Source of the DNA: Saprospiraceae bacterium
GTDB lineage: Bacteria; Bacteroidota; Bacteroidia; Chitinophagales; Saprospiraceae
NCBI GenBank assembly: GCA_026129545.1
Contig: JAHCHX010000005.1
Coordinates: forward strand, 49,502 to 113,501
Direction of reading: 5' to 3'
DNA: 64,000 nt
Numbering within the stretch: position 1 is the stretch's first letter; each line of letters begins with the position of its first letter. Position numbers and translations under genes: made by a program. Below are positions 26,384-36,042 of this stretch, one piece after another. The notes beneath the pieces were generated by a model that ran no database searches, was not told where the DNA came from, and saw nothing but the letters and a program-made list of their open reading frames with translations.

Positions 26384-27040
26384 TCATTCCTCGCGCTCAA
26401 ATTTTCCATTGAGGAAAGTGCCTCGTTTCACCCAGCCGATGCAGTTGGCCTCAAACTCAAAATGGCCGCCGATGGCACCTGATTTTGGCTCAAAATGGGT
26501 AAGCGTTATCTCCCCGGAAAGCGTCTCGTAGGTCTCTGCCCTGTCGTCGGCATAACGCGCATGGACGATGCCGGAGAAATGCCGCAAGCCGATTTCCGCG
26601 TTCACTTCCAATTCGCTATAGATGGGCAACTCGCTCAACTCGCTTTTCTTCAGCCCCCCGATGAGCAGATAAATCGGGTGGGTCTGTTCGAGGCTATCCT
26701 TCCAGAGCAAATTGATTTGCAGGGAAATCGTGTCGGTATCATCCAGCGCATCGAGCAGTTGGGTGCATTTTTCCCACGGGAGCTCGCTCGAAGTGGTCAC
26801 CTCTGCTTTCATGATGGAATCGTAGTATTTCCAGTGAAGGAGGTTGACCATGCCGGAGGTCACTTTGTTGAATGGCAACAGATGTATCCCTTTCCATACA
26901 GCCAAGTCCACGACGGCGATGGAGCATTGAGCGCAGCCCAAGTCGAACAGTTGGTTTGGCGCTCCCTTCACGAGGGTCGCTTGAGCAAAAGCAGTGGAAA
27001 TGGGGAAGGCGGCGAAGAATAAAAAGACAAACGTTCTCAT
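26384..27040 (-). CDS. Hypothetical secreted protein
   Basis: 218 aa from ATG 27040, signal peptide MRTFVFLFFAAFPISTAFAQ. No family recognised. Confidence 0.6.
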   Translation of the reverse strand: MRTFVFLFFAAFPISTAFAQATLVKGAPNQLFDLGCAQCSIAVVDLAVWKGIHLLPFNKVTSGMVNLLHWKYYDSIMKAEVTTSSELPWEKCTQLLDALDDTDTISLQINLLWKDSLEQTHPIYLLIGGLKKSELSELPIYSELEVNAEIGLRHFSGIVHARYADDRAETYETLSGEITLTHFEPKSGAIGGHFEFEANCIGWVKRGTFLNGKFEREE

Positions 27041-27099
27041 ATACGGGTGGGCAAAAGTAGGAAATGTGGGGATGCCCACAACATTTCAGGCCGGCTCTT

Positions 27100-27750
27100 T
27101 CATCCCTGCACATACACCACGAATTTTTCATCGAAAAACGGCTCTTTGAAAAACTCCCGAATCGGAAAGACATCGGAGTAGGTCTCGCCTTTGCCTGGCA
27201 AAGCCTTTATTTCAGCCCGCAAATCGCCGCCTTTTAGAGCAATGATGCCGTTGGGGTAGGCGTGCGAATGTTTCTTTTTCAGCAGACGCTGGCTCCAGAC
27301 CAACAATTTGTCGAGCGGAGCCACCCCCCGCGACAACACAAAATCGAACTGCCCATTCATTTTTAATTCCTCCACCCGTGCGTGTTGGGCAGTCACGTTT
27401 TTCAAGCCGAGCGCGTCGGCCACTTCCTGCACCACGCGGATTTTTTTGCCCGTGCCATCCACGAGGGTGAAATGCGTCTCGGGGAAAAAAATAGCCAACG
27501 GGATGCCCGGAAAACCACCGCCGGTGCCCAAGTCCAGCACTTTTGCGCCAGGCTTGAGTTGGATTGCCTTCGCAATCGCCAAGGAGTGCAGGATGTGGCG
27601 CTCTTCCAGATTCTCGATGTCTTGCCGCGAAATGACGTTGATTCGGGCGTTCCATTCCGTGTAGAGTGGCGCCAATTGCTCGAAACGAGCGCGTTGTTCG
27701 GGGGTTAGGTTAGGAAAATATCTGTTGAGCAATTCCATAGAGAGGGTCAT
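27100..27750 (-). CDS. rsmG: 16S rRNA (guanine527-N7)-methyltransferase RsmG
   Basis: YTEWNARINVISR, the SAM motif VLDLGTGGGFPGIPLAI, and VESTGKK-like LVDGTGKKIRV. ATG 27750 overlaps the upstream stop (ATGA); ATG 27738 is an alternative start. Confidence 0.9.
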   Translation of the reverse strand: MTLSMELLNRYFPNLTPEQRARFEQLAPLYTEWNARINVISRQDIENLEERHILHSLAIAKAIQLKPGAKVLDLGTGGGFPGIPLAIFFPETHFTLVDGTGKKIRVVQEVADALGLKNVTAQHARVEELKMNGQFDFVLSRGVAPLDKLLVWSQRLLKKKHSHAYPNGIIALKGGDLRAEIKALPGKGETYSDVFPIREFFKEPFFDEKFVVYVQG

Positions 27751-28937
27751 TCGGAGAGGTGTTTCAACATTTTTTCGGCCTGCTCGCGTCGCATGGGGTC
27801 TTGTGCGTTGGAGCGTGCGCGATTCACGGCTCGAACAGCTTTGTCGCGCAAAAGCGGGTTGTTGGCAGCAGCCTGCACCAGTGCCAATGCCTGATACCAG
27901 TAAATATCTTCTCCAAACCGGTCCAAATCTTCGATTTTCGCAAAACACTCGAGTGCCAAACCCGGCCTTTGTTGCTCCACCGCGATAATGCCGATGTAAT
28001 AGAGCGCGTCGGAATGACAGACAGTCAGCGAATCTTCCAGAATGTCGAACAGCACCGCCTGAGCAGACTTATAGTCCTTCACTTTGTAAAATTCATCCGC
28101 TTCGCGCAAAATAAGCTCGCACGCGTTGGGGCGAGCCGTCACCGAATCGTTGCCGCGCTCGGGGCCGTAGCGCGTGCGCACATCCGACATGATGCTTTCT
28201 GGCAGTTGGAAATGCTCGTCGTAGAGTTGAGCGGGGGTTTTGGAGCGGGTAAAATAAGACCAGACCAGCAAAGCGGCGGTCAGCAGGGCAAGCACGAGGA
28301 ACAGGTTGCGGAATGATTTGCTTGGCGGCGTAGGCGCGGGTTTGGCGGCTTCTTGCCAGTGATGCTCGGCGATGCGCACCTTTTCCCAAAAGAGATAACC
28401 CGCCTCGTCGGCCCGCTCGCCTTTTTTCCAGTCGGATATTTTTTGCCGCGTGTCGCGCAATTCCTCCGAAGTGGGTACCGCGATACTTGCCTCCATTTCG
28501 TCAGCATTCGGCTCCACAGGCGAAGACGGCTGCCCATGCTCGTCGAGCCAATCCCTGTAATGCGCCGACGCGAGCGCCCTCAATTGGAGCGCAAAAGGCA
28601 CATCGCCAGAGAGCTGCCCCAACCGGGCCAGTCGCGCCGCCTCCACGAGTGCCGCTTGAAAAAATGCAACCCCTTCCGATTCGCTTCCGCCCAAGTCGGC
28701 AATCGCCTGCACGACGAACGGGCGGCATTCGGGATAAAGCGCGTTCAGCACGTCTGTGTCAGCCTCGCGCAAGCCATTGATATATCGTTCGGTGGAAAAA
28801 AAATCGGAAGGAGCCACGGTCAAAAAATTTCGGTACAAACTTACATGATAATCGCCATTTGCATGGAAGGTGGGAAAAAACGGCGCAAAACCAAAAAAAA
28901 GAGCCAGGACATTGCTGCCCCGGCTCCATGAAAACAC
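27747..28937 (-). CDS. Hypothetical membrane-anchored TPR-like protein
   Basis: 396-aa ORF with a central TM helix (FRNLFLVLALLTAALLVWSYF) and a helical-repeat C-terminal part. Translationally coupled to rsmG. The start is uncertain. Confidence 0.6.
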   Translation of the reverse strand: MFSWSRGSNVLALFFGFAPFFPTFHANGDYHVSLYRNFLTVAPSDFFSTERYINGLREADTDVLNALYPECRPFVVQAIADLGGSESEGVAFFQAALVEAARLARLGQLSGDVPFALQLRALASAHYRDWLDEHGQPSSPVEPNADEMEASIAVPTSEELRDTRQKISDWKKGERADEAGYLFWEKVRIAEHHWQEAAKPAPTPPSKSFRNLFLVLALLTAALLVWSYFTRSKTPAQLYDEHFQLPESIMSDVRTRYGPERGNDSVTARPNACELILREADEFYKVKDYKSAQAVLFDILEDSLTVCHSDALYYIGIIAVEQQRPGLALECFAKIEDLDRFGEDIYWYQALALVQAAANNPLLRDKAVRAVNRARSNAQDPMRREQAEKMLKHLSE

Positions 28938-28987
28938 CTAAAACCCTATTAACTAACCTTATGAAAACAACTCTTTTTGGAAGAGGT

Positions 28988-29431
28988 TTAAGCGATTTGA
29001 ATGGTTTTTACCACGGGCTTGGCTTCTTCTTTTTTGCCCAGCGTCACGCTCAACACTCCGTTTTCGTAAACAGCACCAATCGCGTCTTGGTTCACGGTCT
29101 TGGGCAATTTGAACGAACGCTGGAACGAAGTGGCCGAAAATTCGCGGCGCGTGTAGCGTTCGTTGCTCTCTTCGTTTTTAGTTTCGCGGCTGGCCGACAG
29201 GGTCAGGAAATCGTTTTCAACGTTGATGGAAAAGTCCTGCTTGTCGAAGCCCGGCGCGGCGAGTTCCAATTTGAACGACTCATCTGTTTCGATGATGTTC
29301 ACCGCAGGCACATTGGGCAAATGGTCGCTGCCGATGAAATTGGAAATGCCTCGGTTGAAAAATTCGTCGAGGAAACCATTGAAGAGGGGTTTGGTTGAGG
29401 GAAGCGGCTGAAACTTTACGATGTTGGTCAT
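28988..29431 (-). CDS. Hsp20/alpha-crystallin family small heat-shock protein
   Basis: 147 aa with PAVNIIETDESFKLELAAPGF...AVYENGVLSVTL, an alpha-crystallin domain. Confidence 0.93.
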   Translation of the reverse strand: MTNIVKFQPLPSTKPLFNGFLDEFFNRGISNFIGSDHLPNVPAVNIIETDESFKLELAAPGFDKQDFSINVENDFLTLSASRETKNEESNERYTRREFSATSFQRSFKLPKTVNQDAIGAVYENGVLSVTLGKKEEAKPVVKTIQIA

Positions 29432-29730
29432 TTTTTGACAATTTTTATGGTGAACGACTGTTTGAAAAGCAATTCGGGCGTTTTGAAAAACCCGATGTTT
29501 CAGCCTTTTTCAATCTACGTTCCAAACGGGAAAAATGGATTTTTTGGCAGCGAGCACTTTTTAAAATATGCCATTTTGACATTTTCGCTGTTGCCAAAAT
29601 GCCAAAATGACACTAACAGAAATTGACTCAATTGGATAGCGCATCTATGAGATTTTCACTTCCAAGCTCCCCCACCCTTCCGCCCTTTGTCGGAAGAGGG
29701 GTCGGCACTGAAGCGGGCGCAAAGCCACGA

Positions 29731-30543
29731 ATGGTGCAAAAAAACACCCTAATGCTCTTTGTGTCTTTTCTGACCCTAACAAACCTCCTTGCTCAATCCA
29801 CCCCTGATTCGCTTCGCCTGCTCCAATCCTTGCCCGTCAAAGCCATATTTGCCGCCACCGACAACCTCGCCAACGTCTATATCATCACCCCCGACAACGC
29901 TATTGAAAAATACGCGCCCGACGGGCGGCGGTTGACGCGCTACTCCAACAACCGCCTTGGCCAAGCCACTCGGCTGGACGTGTCGAACCCCCTCAAAGTA
30001 CTGGTCTGGTACGCCGATTTTCGCATGGCGCTATTCCTCGACCGAAGCCTGACCGACCTTGGCGAACTCAATCTCATCACTGCCGGATACCCCGAAGTGC
30101 GCACGGTGGCCGCCGCACAAGACGGCAATATGTGGCTCTACGACGAGGCCAATTTCCGCCTCGTGAAAATCACGCCGGAGGGAGAGCGGCGCTACGAAAG
30201 CCAGAGCATGAACCTGCTGGAAGCCACGCCCAACCGCCCTACTTGCATCCGGGAAGGCAGCGACCGCGTGTTTGTGGCCGACTCCTCGCAAGGAGTTTTT
30301 GTGTTCGACTGGTTCGCCCAATACGACCGCTTGTTTGCGCCGCAGCATCCGGTGCAAGATTTTCAGATGGTGGACAACCAGTTGCATTACCTCATCGGCA
30401 GCAAAATCGTGACCGAGCATCTGCGGCTGCGGCTGAGCCGGGAAGTGGCTCTTCCCGCGGCGCTATTGGAGGGTAAAAAAGTGATGTTGTCGCCGGGCAA
30501 ATTGTTGGTCTTGGGCGAGACGGTAGAAGTGTGGGGGTATTAG
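29731..30543 (+). CDS. Hypothetical secreted protein
   Basis: 270 aa from ATG 29731, signal peptide MVQKNTLMLFVSFLTLTNLLAQ. No family recognised. Confidence 0.6.
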   Translation: MVQKNTLMLFVSFLTLTNLLAQSTPDSLRLLQSLPVKAIFAATDNLANVYIITPDNAIEKYAPDGRRLTRYSNNRLGQATRLDVSNPLKVLVWYADFRMALFLDRSLTDLGELNLITAGYPEVRTVAAAQDGNMWLYDEANFRLVKITPEGERRYESQSMNLLEATPNRPTCIREGSDRVFVADSSQGVFVFDWFAQYDRLFAPQHPVQDFQMVDNQLHYLIGSKIVTEHLRLRLSREVALPAALLEGKKVMLSPGKLLVLGETVEVWGY

Positions 30544-30657
30544 GGTTGTTGCGGTGGGGGCCTTTGAGTGAAGGGAAAGGCCTCCAACGCAACAACTCTA
30601 ATGAATCAACGGATTGACAGATATTTGCCCGCTATTCACCACTATCGCACTCGACGC

Positions 30658-32370
30658 ATGACGCACTCCCTCCGCATATTCCCTCCGCTTTTCTCAACCC
30701 TTCTTTTTTTCGCCTGCTCCAACCAGCCCAAAACACCCGTCCCTGACCTTGTTTTGTTCAACGGCAATTTCTTCACCGCCGACTCGCTCCGCCCGCAAGC
30801 GACGGCGGTAGCCATTGGAGGCGACCGCATTTTAGCCGTCGGAACGGACGATGAAATAAAGAAACTGGCCAAACCCAGCACCACACTTGTTGATTTGGAG
30901 GGCGCATTCGCCATGCCGGGGTTCATCGAGGGGCATGGTCACTTCTCATCGTTGGGCAGGAGCCTGCTCAACCTGAACCTGCTAAACACCAAGAGCTGGC
31001 AAGAAATCACAGAACTCGTGGCCGAGAAAGCCCAAACTGCCCAAGCAGGCGACTGGCTCGAAGGCAGGGGCTGGCATCAGGAAAAATGGACCACCTCCCC
31101 CGGCACCACCGTGAACGGCTATCCCTACCACGACGCGCTCAGCGCCGCCGCACCCAACAATCCAGTGGTGCTGTATCACGCCAGCGGCCATGGGCTTATT
31201 GCCAACGAGCGGGCCATGCAACTGGCCGGCATCTCACGCGAAACCAGCGCCCCCGTCGGCGGTCGCATCGTGCGCGACGCCAAAGGCAATGCCGTGGGCG
31301 TGTTTGAGGAAAACGCGATGGATTTGATTGAAAAACCTTTTTCGGAGTGGAAAAACCGCCGCTCGGAGGCCGAGAAAGTAGCGGCCTTCGAAAAGGCCAT
31401 CCAACTCGCCTCGGCGGAATGTTTGGCACGCGGCATCACCTCGTTTCAGGATGCGGGCAGCGATTTTTGGGAAATCGGCCAATACCGCCGCATGGCCGAG
31501 GCCAGCCAACTGCCGCTCCGCCTTTGGGCGATGATTAGCCAGCCCAAACCGTCGGACTTCTCCAAACTTGCCGGCTTCCCTCAAGTTGGCCTCGGCCAAG
31601 GGCATCTCACCGTCCGCGCCGTGAAGGCTTATCTGGATGGGGCGCTTGGCTCTTATGGGGCTTGGCTGCTGGCTCCCTATGCCGACAATCCTGCCTTGAC
31701 GGGGCAAAACGTCACGCCCGTTGACAGCATCGCCGCCTTGGCCGCCGCCTGCAAGAAATACGGGCTTCAATGCTGCGTCCATGCTATCGGCGACCGCGCC
31801 AACCGCGAGGTGCTGAACATCTTTGAAGCCAACACTACACCCGACGGCGATTACAGATGGCGCATCGAGCACAGCCAACACATTGACCCACACGATATCC
31901 CGCGCTTTGGCCAACTGGGTGTCGTCGCCTCCGTGCAGGCCATTCATTGCACGAGCGACGCGCCTTTCGTGGTCAAACGCCTCGGCACGGAACGCGCCCG
32001 CTCCGGGGCCTACGCTTGGCGCAGCCTGCTCGACAGCGGCGCTCACCTTGCAAACGGCACCGACACGCCAGTGGAGGACGTGAACCCCTTGCCTTGCCTC
32101 TACGCCACCGTGACGCGCAGGCGCACAGACTCGGATATGGAATTTTTCCCGGCGCAAAAAATGACCCGCGAGGAAGCTTTGCTTTCCTACACGCTTTGGA
32201 ATGCCTACGCGGCATTTGAAGAGAAAGAAAAAGGCTCTCTTGTGGCGGGCAAATACGCCGACATAGTGGTGCTTTCAAAAGATTTGCTTCGCTGCTCGCC
32301 GGAGGAAATTTTGCAAGCAAAAGTGCTGCGAACCATTGTGGGCGGAAAAACGCGATATAGCGCGCGTTGA
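30658..32370 (+). CDS. Amidohydrolase-family metal-dependent hydrolase (Amidohydro_3/YtcJ-like), lipoprotein
   Basis: 570 aa from ATG 30658. Lipobox LLFFACS, then GFIEGHGHF, HAIGDRANR, RIEHSQH and GTDTPVE metal-ligand motifs. Confidence 0.88.
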   Translation: MTHSLRIFPPLFSTLLFFACSNQPKTPVPDLVLFNGNFFTADSLRPQATAVAIGGDRILAVGTDDEIKKLAKPSTTLVDLEGAFAMPGFIEGHGHFSSLGRSLLNLNLLNTKSWQEITELVAEKAQTAQAGDWLEGRGWHQEKWTTSPGTTVNGYPYHDALSAAAPNNPVVLYHASGHGLIANERAMQLAGISRETSAPVGGRIVRDAKGNAVGVFEENAMDLIEKPFSEWKNRRSEAEKVAAFEKAIQLASAECLARGITSFQDAGSDFWEIGQYRRMAEASQLPLRLWAMISQPKPSDFSKLAGFPQVGLGQGHLTVRAVKAYLDGALGSYGAWLLAPYADNPALTGQNVTPVDSIAALAAACKKYGLQCCVHAIGDRANREVLNIFEANTTPDGDYRWRIEHSQHIDPHDIPRFGQLGVVASVQAIHCTSDAPFVVKRLGTERARSGAYAWRSLLDSGAHLANGTDTPVEDVNPLPCLYATVTRRRTDSDMEFFPAQKMTREEALLSYTLWNAYAAFEEKEKGSLVAGKYADIVVLSKDLLRCSPEEILQAKVLRTIVGGKTRYSAR

Positions 32371-32433
32371 ATTTGATTGTGGCAAGTCAAGGTATAAAAT
32401 TGCTACTTTTCGCCGCACAAATCGAACAAGAAA

Positions 32434-33573
32434 ATGTCTGATGCCACTACTGCTCCCCGCTATCTCTCTGTTGATTTTTATCGCGGCCTCACCATCGCCT
32501 TCATGATTATCGTGAACACGCCGGGCACTTGGGAACATGTGTACGCGCCCTTGCGCCACGCGGTGTGGCACGGTTGCACGCCCACCGACTTGGTGTTTCC
32601 GTCGTTCATGTTCATCATAGGGGTCTCGATGTGGTTTTCCTTTGCAAAATTTGACCGCCAGTGGTCGCCTGCCGCCGGGCTGAAAATCTTGCGACGCACC
32701 GCGCTGATTTTTCTCATCGGTCTTTTGATGAACAATTTCCCGTTTTTTTGGAAAAACTGGGACTCGTGGCGCATCATGGGCGTGTTGCAGCGATTGGCGC
32801 TGGGCTATGGCGTGGCATCCGTGTTGGTGCTCACATTGCCTCGAAAGGCGTTGATGGTGGTCGCGGCGGGGATTCTGCTGCTCTATTGGGGCATTTTGAA
32901 TTGGTTTGCGGCGCCGGGTGCCGACCCATACGGCGCGGAGGGGAGCGCCATTTTGCGGCTCGACGCATGGTTGTTCGGGGAGGCGCATCTGTACAGGGAA
33001 ACCGTCGCGCCGGGGTTGCAGATTCCTTTCGACCCAGAGGGTTTGTTGAGCACCTTGCCTGCTGTCGTCACGGTGTTGTTGGGCTGGTGGAGCGGCGAGC
33101 TGATGAGCCGCCGTGCGGCACAAAAGGATTTGCTGGTGCGCGATTTGCTGGTCTTGGGGCTTATGGTGGGTTTTGCGGGGCTGGCTTGGGACTTGTTTTT
33201 TCCCATCAACAAAAAAATATGGTCGAGTTCATACGTCCTCTATGTGGGCGGCCTCTCGATGCTGCTGCTTGCGTTGAGCGTGTGGCTCATTGACATTCGC
33301 GGCTGGCGCAATGGGCCGGGTTTCTTTCTTGCTTTTGGTGCCAATCCGCTGTTTGCTTATATTTTTTCAGAGGTGTTGGTCATCAGCCTTTACGACATCA
33401 GTTGGGGGACTGGCGAAAACGCGACCAACGCGCAGGCTTGGATTTACGACACGCTTTTCAGGCCTATCGAAGGGGCGGAGTTCAGTTCATTCCTCTTTGC
33501 CATTGTCTATACGGTGTTGTGCTGGCTGGTGTGCCGATGGCTGTATGTGCGCAAAATTTACATAAAAATATAG
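32434..33573 (+). CDS. DUF5009 / heparan-alpha-glucosaminide N-acetyltransferase-like membrane acyltransferase
   Basis: 379 aa, polytopic. The N-terminal motif RYLSVDFYRGLTIAFMIIVNTPG...TPTDLVFPSFMFIIGVS is recalled for this family. Confidence 0.75.
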   Translation: MSDATTAPRYLSVDFYRGLTIAFMIIVNTPGTWEHVYAPLRHAVWHGCTPTDLVFPSFMFIIGVSMWFSFAKFDRQWSPAAGLKILRRTALIFLIGLLMNNFPFFWKNWDSWRIMGVLQRLALGYGVASVLVLTLPRKALMVVAAGILLLYWGILNWFAAPGADPYGAEGSAILRLDAWLFGEAHLYRETVAPGLQIPFDPEGLLSTLPAVVTVLLGWWSGELMSRRAAQKDLLVRDLLVLGLMVGFAGLAWDLFFPINKKIWSSSYVLYVGGLSMLLLALSVWLIDIRGWRNGPGFFLAFGANPLFAYIFSEVLVISLYDISWGTGENATNAQAWIYDTLFRPIEGAEFSSFLFAIVYTVLCWLVCRWLYVRKIYIKI

Positions 33574-33642
33574 GAAGGCACGTCTTGCGCGAGCGCACGG
33601 ATTTGCGCTGCAATGGGCACGGTCATTCTTCGTTCATCGTCC

Positions 33643-34689
33643 ATGAAACGCCGCGATTTTTTCACCCAAACCGGTTTGGCAGGGTTGGCCGCCGGGCTTC
33701 CGCTTTCGTTGAAAATGGTTGAAAATGTTTTTTCCGAACACAGGGCTTTGCTCAAGCCGCTGCGATTGCGTGCAGGGGCCACGGTGGCGCTCATTGCGCC
33801 AGCCAGCCCATTCACGGAGGAAAAATGGCTGAAAGCCCGCCAGAATTTTGAGTTGTTGGGCTTCAAAATCAAGGAGGGGCAGCACCTTCACGCCCAACGC
33901 GGCTACCTTGCCGGAACGGACGAGCAGCGTCTTTCCGACTTGCACGGCGCTTTTGAAGACCCAGATGTGGATGCGGTTTGGTGCATTCGAGGCGGCTATG
34001 GCTGCACCCGACTGCTCCCCCAAATTGACTTTGAGCGGATTCGGAAAAACCCCAAGCCCTTTATCGGTTATTCCGATGTGACGGCGTTGCATCTGGCGAT
34101 TCAGCAACGGACGGGCTTGGTGACATTTCACGGGCCTGTGGCAGCGGCGGATTTTCCCGAAAACACCTTGCAGCACTTTCGCGCCACACTCATGGAACCC
34201 GTGGCCAACTATGCGATAACAACCCCGAACACGTTGACCGAGCTGCCCGGCGATGAGTTTAGACCATTCGCGATTGCGCCCGGCAAGGCTCGTGGAAAAT
34301 TGACGGGTGGCAATCTTTCGCTGTTGGCCGCCCTCACGGGCACACCTTTTTCGCCTGTTTTCAAAAACAAAATTGTCTTTCTCGAAGATGTGGGCGAGCA
34401 GCCTTACCGCATTGACCGCATATTGACCCAGTTGCTGCAAGCCACCGATTTGAGTGCGGCAGCCGGGATTGCCTTGGGTGTTTTTTCCGATTGCCAACCC
34501 AAGCCCTCATCGCCTTCCCTGACTTTGGAAGATATGTTGCGCGACCGTCTCGCTGGGCTGGGCATACCCGTGATTTATGGATTGCCTTTTGGCCATGTGC
34601 CACACCAAGCGACTTTCCCCTACAACGTTGAGGCGGAATTGAACGTGAGCGACGGCACATTGACGCTGCTCGAAGCGGGCGTGAATTGA
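33643..34689 (+). CDS. LD-carboxypeptidase (peptidase S66), TAT signal
   Basis: 348 aa from ATG 33643. Twin-arginine signal MKRRDFFTQTGLAGLAAG, then VALIAPASP, GYLAGTDEQRLSDL and IRGGYGCTRLL. Confidence 0.85.
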   Translation: MKRRDFFTQTGLAGLAAGLPLSLKMVENVFSEHRALLKPLRLRAGATVALIAPASPFTEEKWLKARQNFELLGFKIKEGQHLHAQRGYLAGTDEQRLSDLHGAFEDPDVDAVWCIRGGYGCTRLLPQIDFERIRKNPKPFIGYSDVTALHLAIQQRTGLVTFHGPVAAADFPENTLQHFRATLMEPVANYAITTPNTLTELPGDEFRPFAIAPGKARGKLTGGNLSLLAALTGTPFSPVFKNKIVFLEDVGEQPYRIDRILTQLLQATDLSAAAGIALGVFSDCQPKPSSPSLTLEDMLRDRLAGLGIPVIYGLPFGHVPHQATFPYNVEAELNVSDGTLTLLEAGVN

Positions 34690-34705
34690 GGGCGAGGGGA
34701 CAATC

Positions 34706-35449
34706 TCACCACTCGTTCCCCGGGTACGTCCTTTGCAGGTGCTGCATTTCGGCAAGCATATAACCGAGGTACTCCGTGTGTCGGCCTTCTTTGCCCCCGC
34801 TTTGCATCCAGTTGTTGTCGGGTTTTGTCAGCGTTGCCTCTTCGAGTATCGCGTTCACTTTGGCCTCCCACAAGGGTTTTATTTTGGACAAATCCGGCGC
34901 GATGCCTGCTTCCGCCATGAGGCGGTCGGCCTCGCTGGGCGTGGTCAATTCGCCAGTGAACATCCAAAGAGCGTCCACGGCGGCCTGCATTTTTTGGTGG
35001 CTTGTCTCGGTGCCGTCGCCGAGGCGCACCATCCATTCGGAGGAGTAGCGGAGATGGTAGGTGGTTTCTTTGAGCGATTTTTCGGCGATGGCGGCGAGAC
35101 GCTCGTCGCGGCTTTGGAGGAGCGCCTGATAGTTGTAAAAAGCGAAGGCATCGAAAAAAAACTGCCGTGCGATGGTGTATGCCCAATCGGTGTTGGGATA
35201 TTCCACCAGCAGTGCGTTGTGGAATTGGTGCGCGTCGCGAAAGTAAGCGAGCGTATCTTCCGAACGGCCTTTGCCTTCGAGTTCGCCAGCATGGGTGAGG
35301 AGCATTCGGGCTTGGCCGAGCAGGTCGAGCGCGATGTTCGTCATGGCGATGTCCTGTTCGAGCACAGGGCCATGGCCGCACCATTCGCCGAGGCGCTGGG
35401 AGAGGATGAGTGCGTTGTCGCCAAGTTGGAGGAGATATTGGAAATGCAT
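34706..35449 (-). CDS. paaC: 1,2-phenylacetyl-CoA epoxidase subunit PaaC
   Basis: 247 aa. LLQLGDNALILSQRLGEWCGHGPVLEQDIAMTNIALDLLGQAR is the PaaC-type ferritin-like fold. Confidence 0.82.
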   Translation of the reverse strand: MHFQYLLQLGDNALILSQRLGEWCGHGPVLEQDIAMTNIALDLLGQARMLLTHAGELEGKGRSEDTLAYFRDAHQFHNALLVEYPNTDWAYTIARQFFFDAFAFYNYQALLQSRDERLAAIAEKSLKETTYHLRYSSEWMVRLGDGTETSHQKMQAAVDALWMFTGELTTPSEADRLMAEAGIAPDLSKIKPLWEAKVNAILEEATLTKPDNNWMQSGGKEGRHTEYLGYMLAEMQHLQRTYPGNEW

Positions 35450-35462
35450 TCGATTGTGCCGA

Positions 35463-35741
35463 TTACATGTGTTTCACCGCGTCGGGCAAGTCATAAAAAG
35501 TTGGGTGGCGGTATATTTTATCGTTGGCGGGGTCGAAAAAGGCTTCTGTGTCCTCGGTGGAGGCGTGGATATGCGCTGATTCGACGACCCAAATACTGAT
35601 GCCCTCGTTGCGGCGCGTATAGACATCGCGGGCGTTTTCGAGGGCCATTTGCGCATCGGCAGCGTGGAGGCTACCGACGTGTTTGTGGCTCAGCCCTTGT
35701 TTCGAGCGAATGAAAACTTCCCAAAGTGGCCAATCTTTCAT
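35463..35741 (-). CDS. paaB: 1,2-phenylacetyl-CoA epoxidase subunit PaaB
   Basis: 92 aa from ATG 35741, with WPLWEVFIRSKQGLSHKHVGSLHAADAQMALENARDVYTRR. Confidence 0.85.
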   Translation of the reverse strand: MKDWPLWEVFIRSKQGLSHKHVGSLHAADAQMALENARDVYTRRNEGISIWVVESAHIHASTEDTEAFFDPANDKIYRHPTFYDLPDAVKHM

Positions 35742-35894
35742 AAAAATGGTGTGTGGTGTTGAAGCAGATGGCGTCAAAACGGGTCATCGTCCCGTTCCCT
35801 TTACAGGTGGCAAAGGTAGAAAAGTTACGACCTACGACCCGCGACTTGGATTGGTATTCTTTTGGGAGTTGGGGAAAGCCGTACTTTTGGCCGC

Positions 35895-36002
35895 ATTACA
35901 CTTCGTGTCGCCAAGTTTTCAGAGTATTTGAAGCCCTGGTTCGTTCAAAATCAGGTAGAGCAACCTCGAGTAGATGATAAATCTTGGCGAATCAAGGTGT
36001 AT
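35895..36002 (-). repeat. MITE-like element, diverged copy D
   Basis: Both conserved boxes are present: TTACACTTCGTGTCGCCAAGTTTTCAG (35897-35923) and GATAAATCTTGGCGAATCAAGGTGTAT (35976-36002). Ends 41 nt before the OMP gene ATG. Confidence 0.6.
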
Positions 36003-36042
36003 TTTTTTGCCAACTAGCAATGCTGAACACAAAACATTGAAT

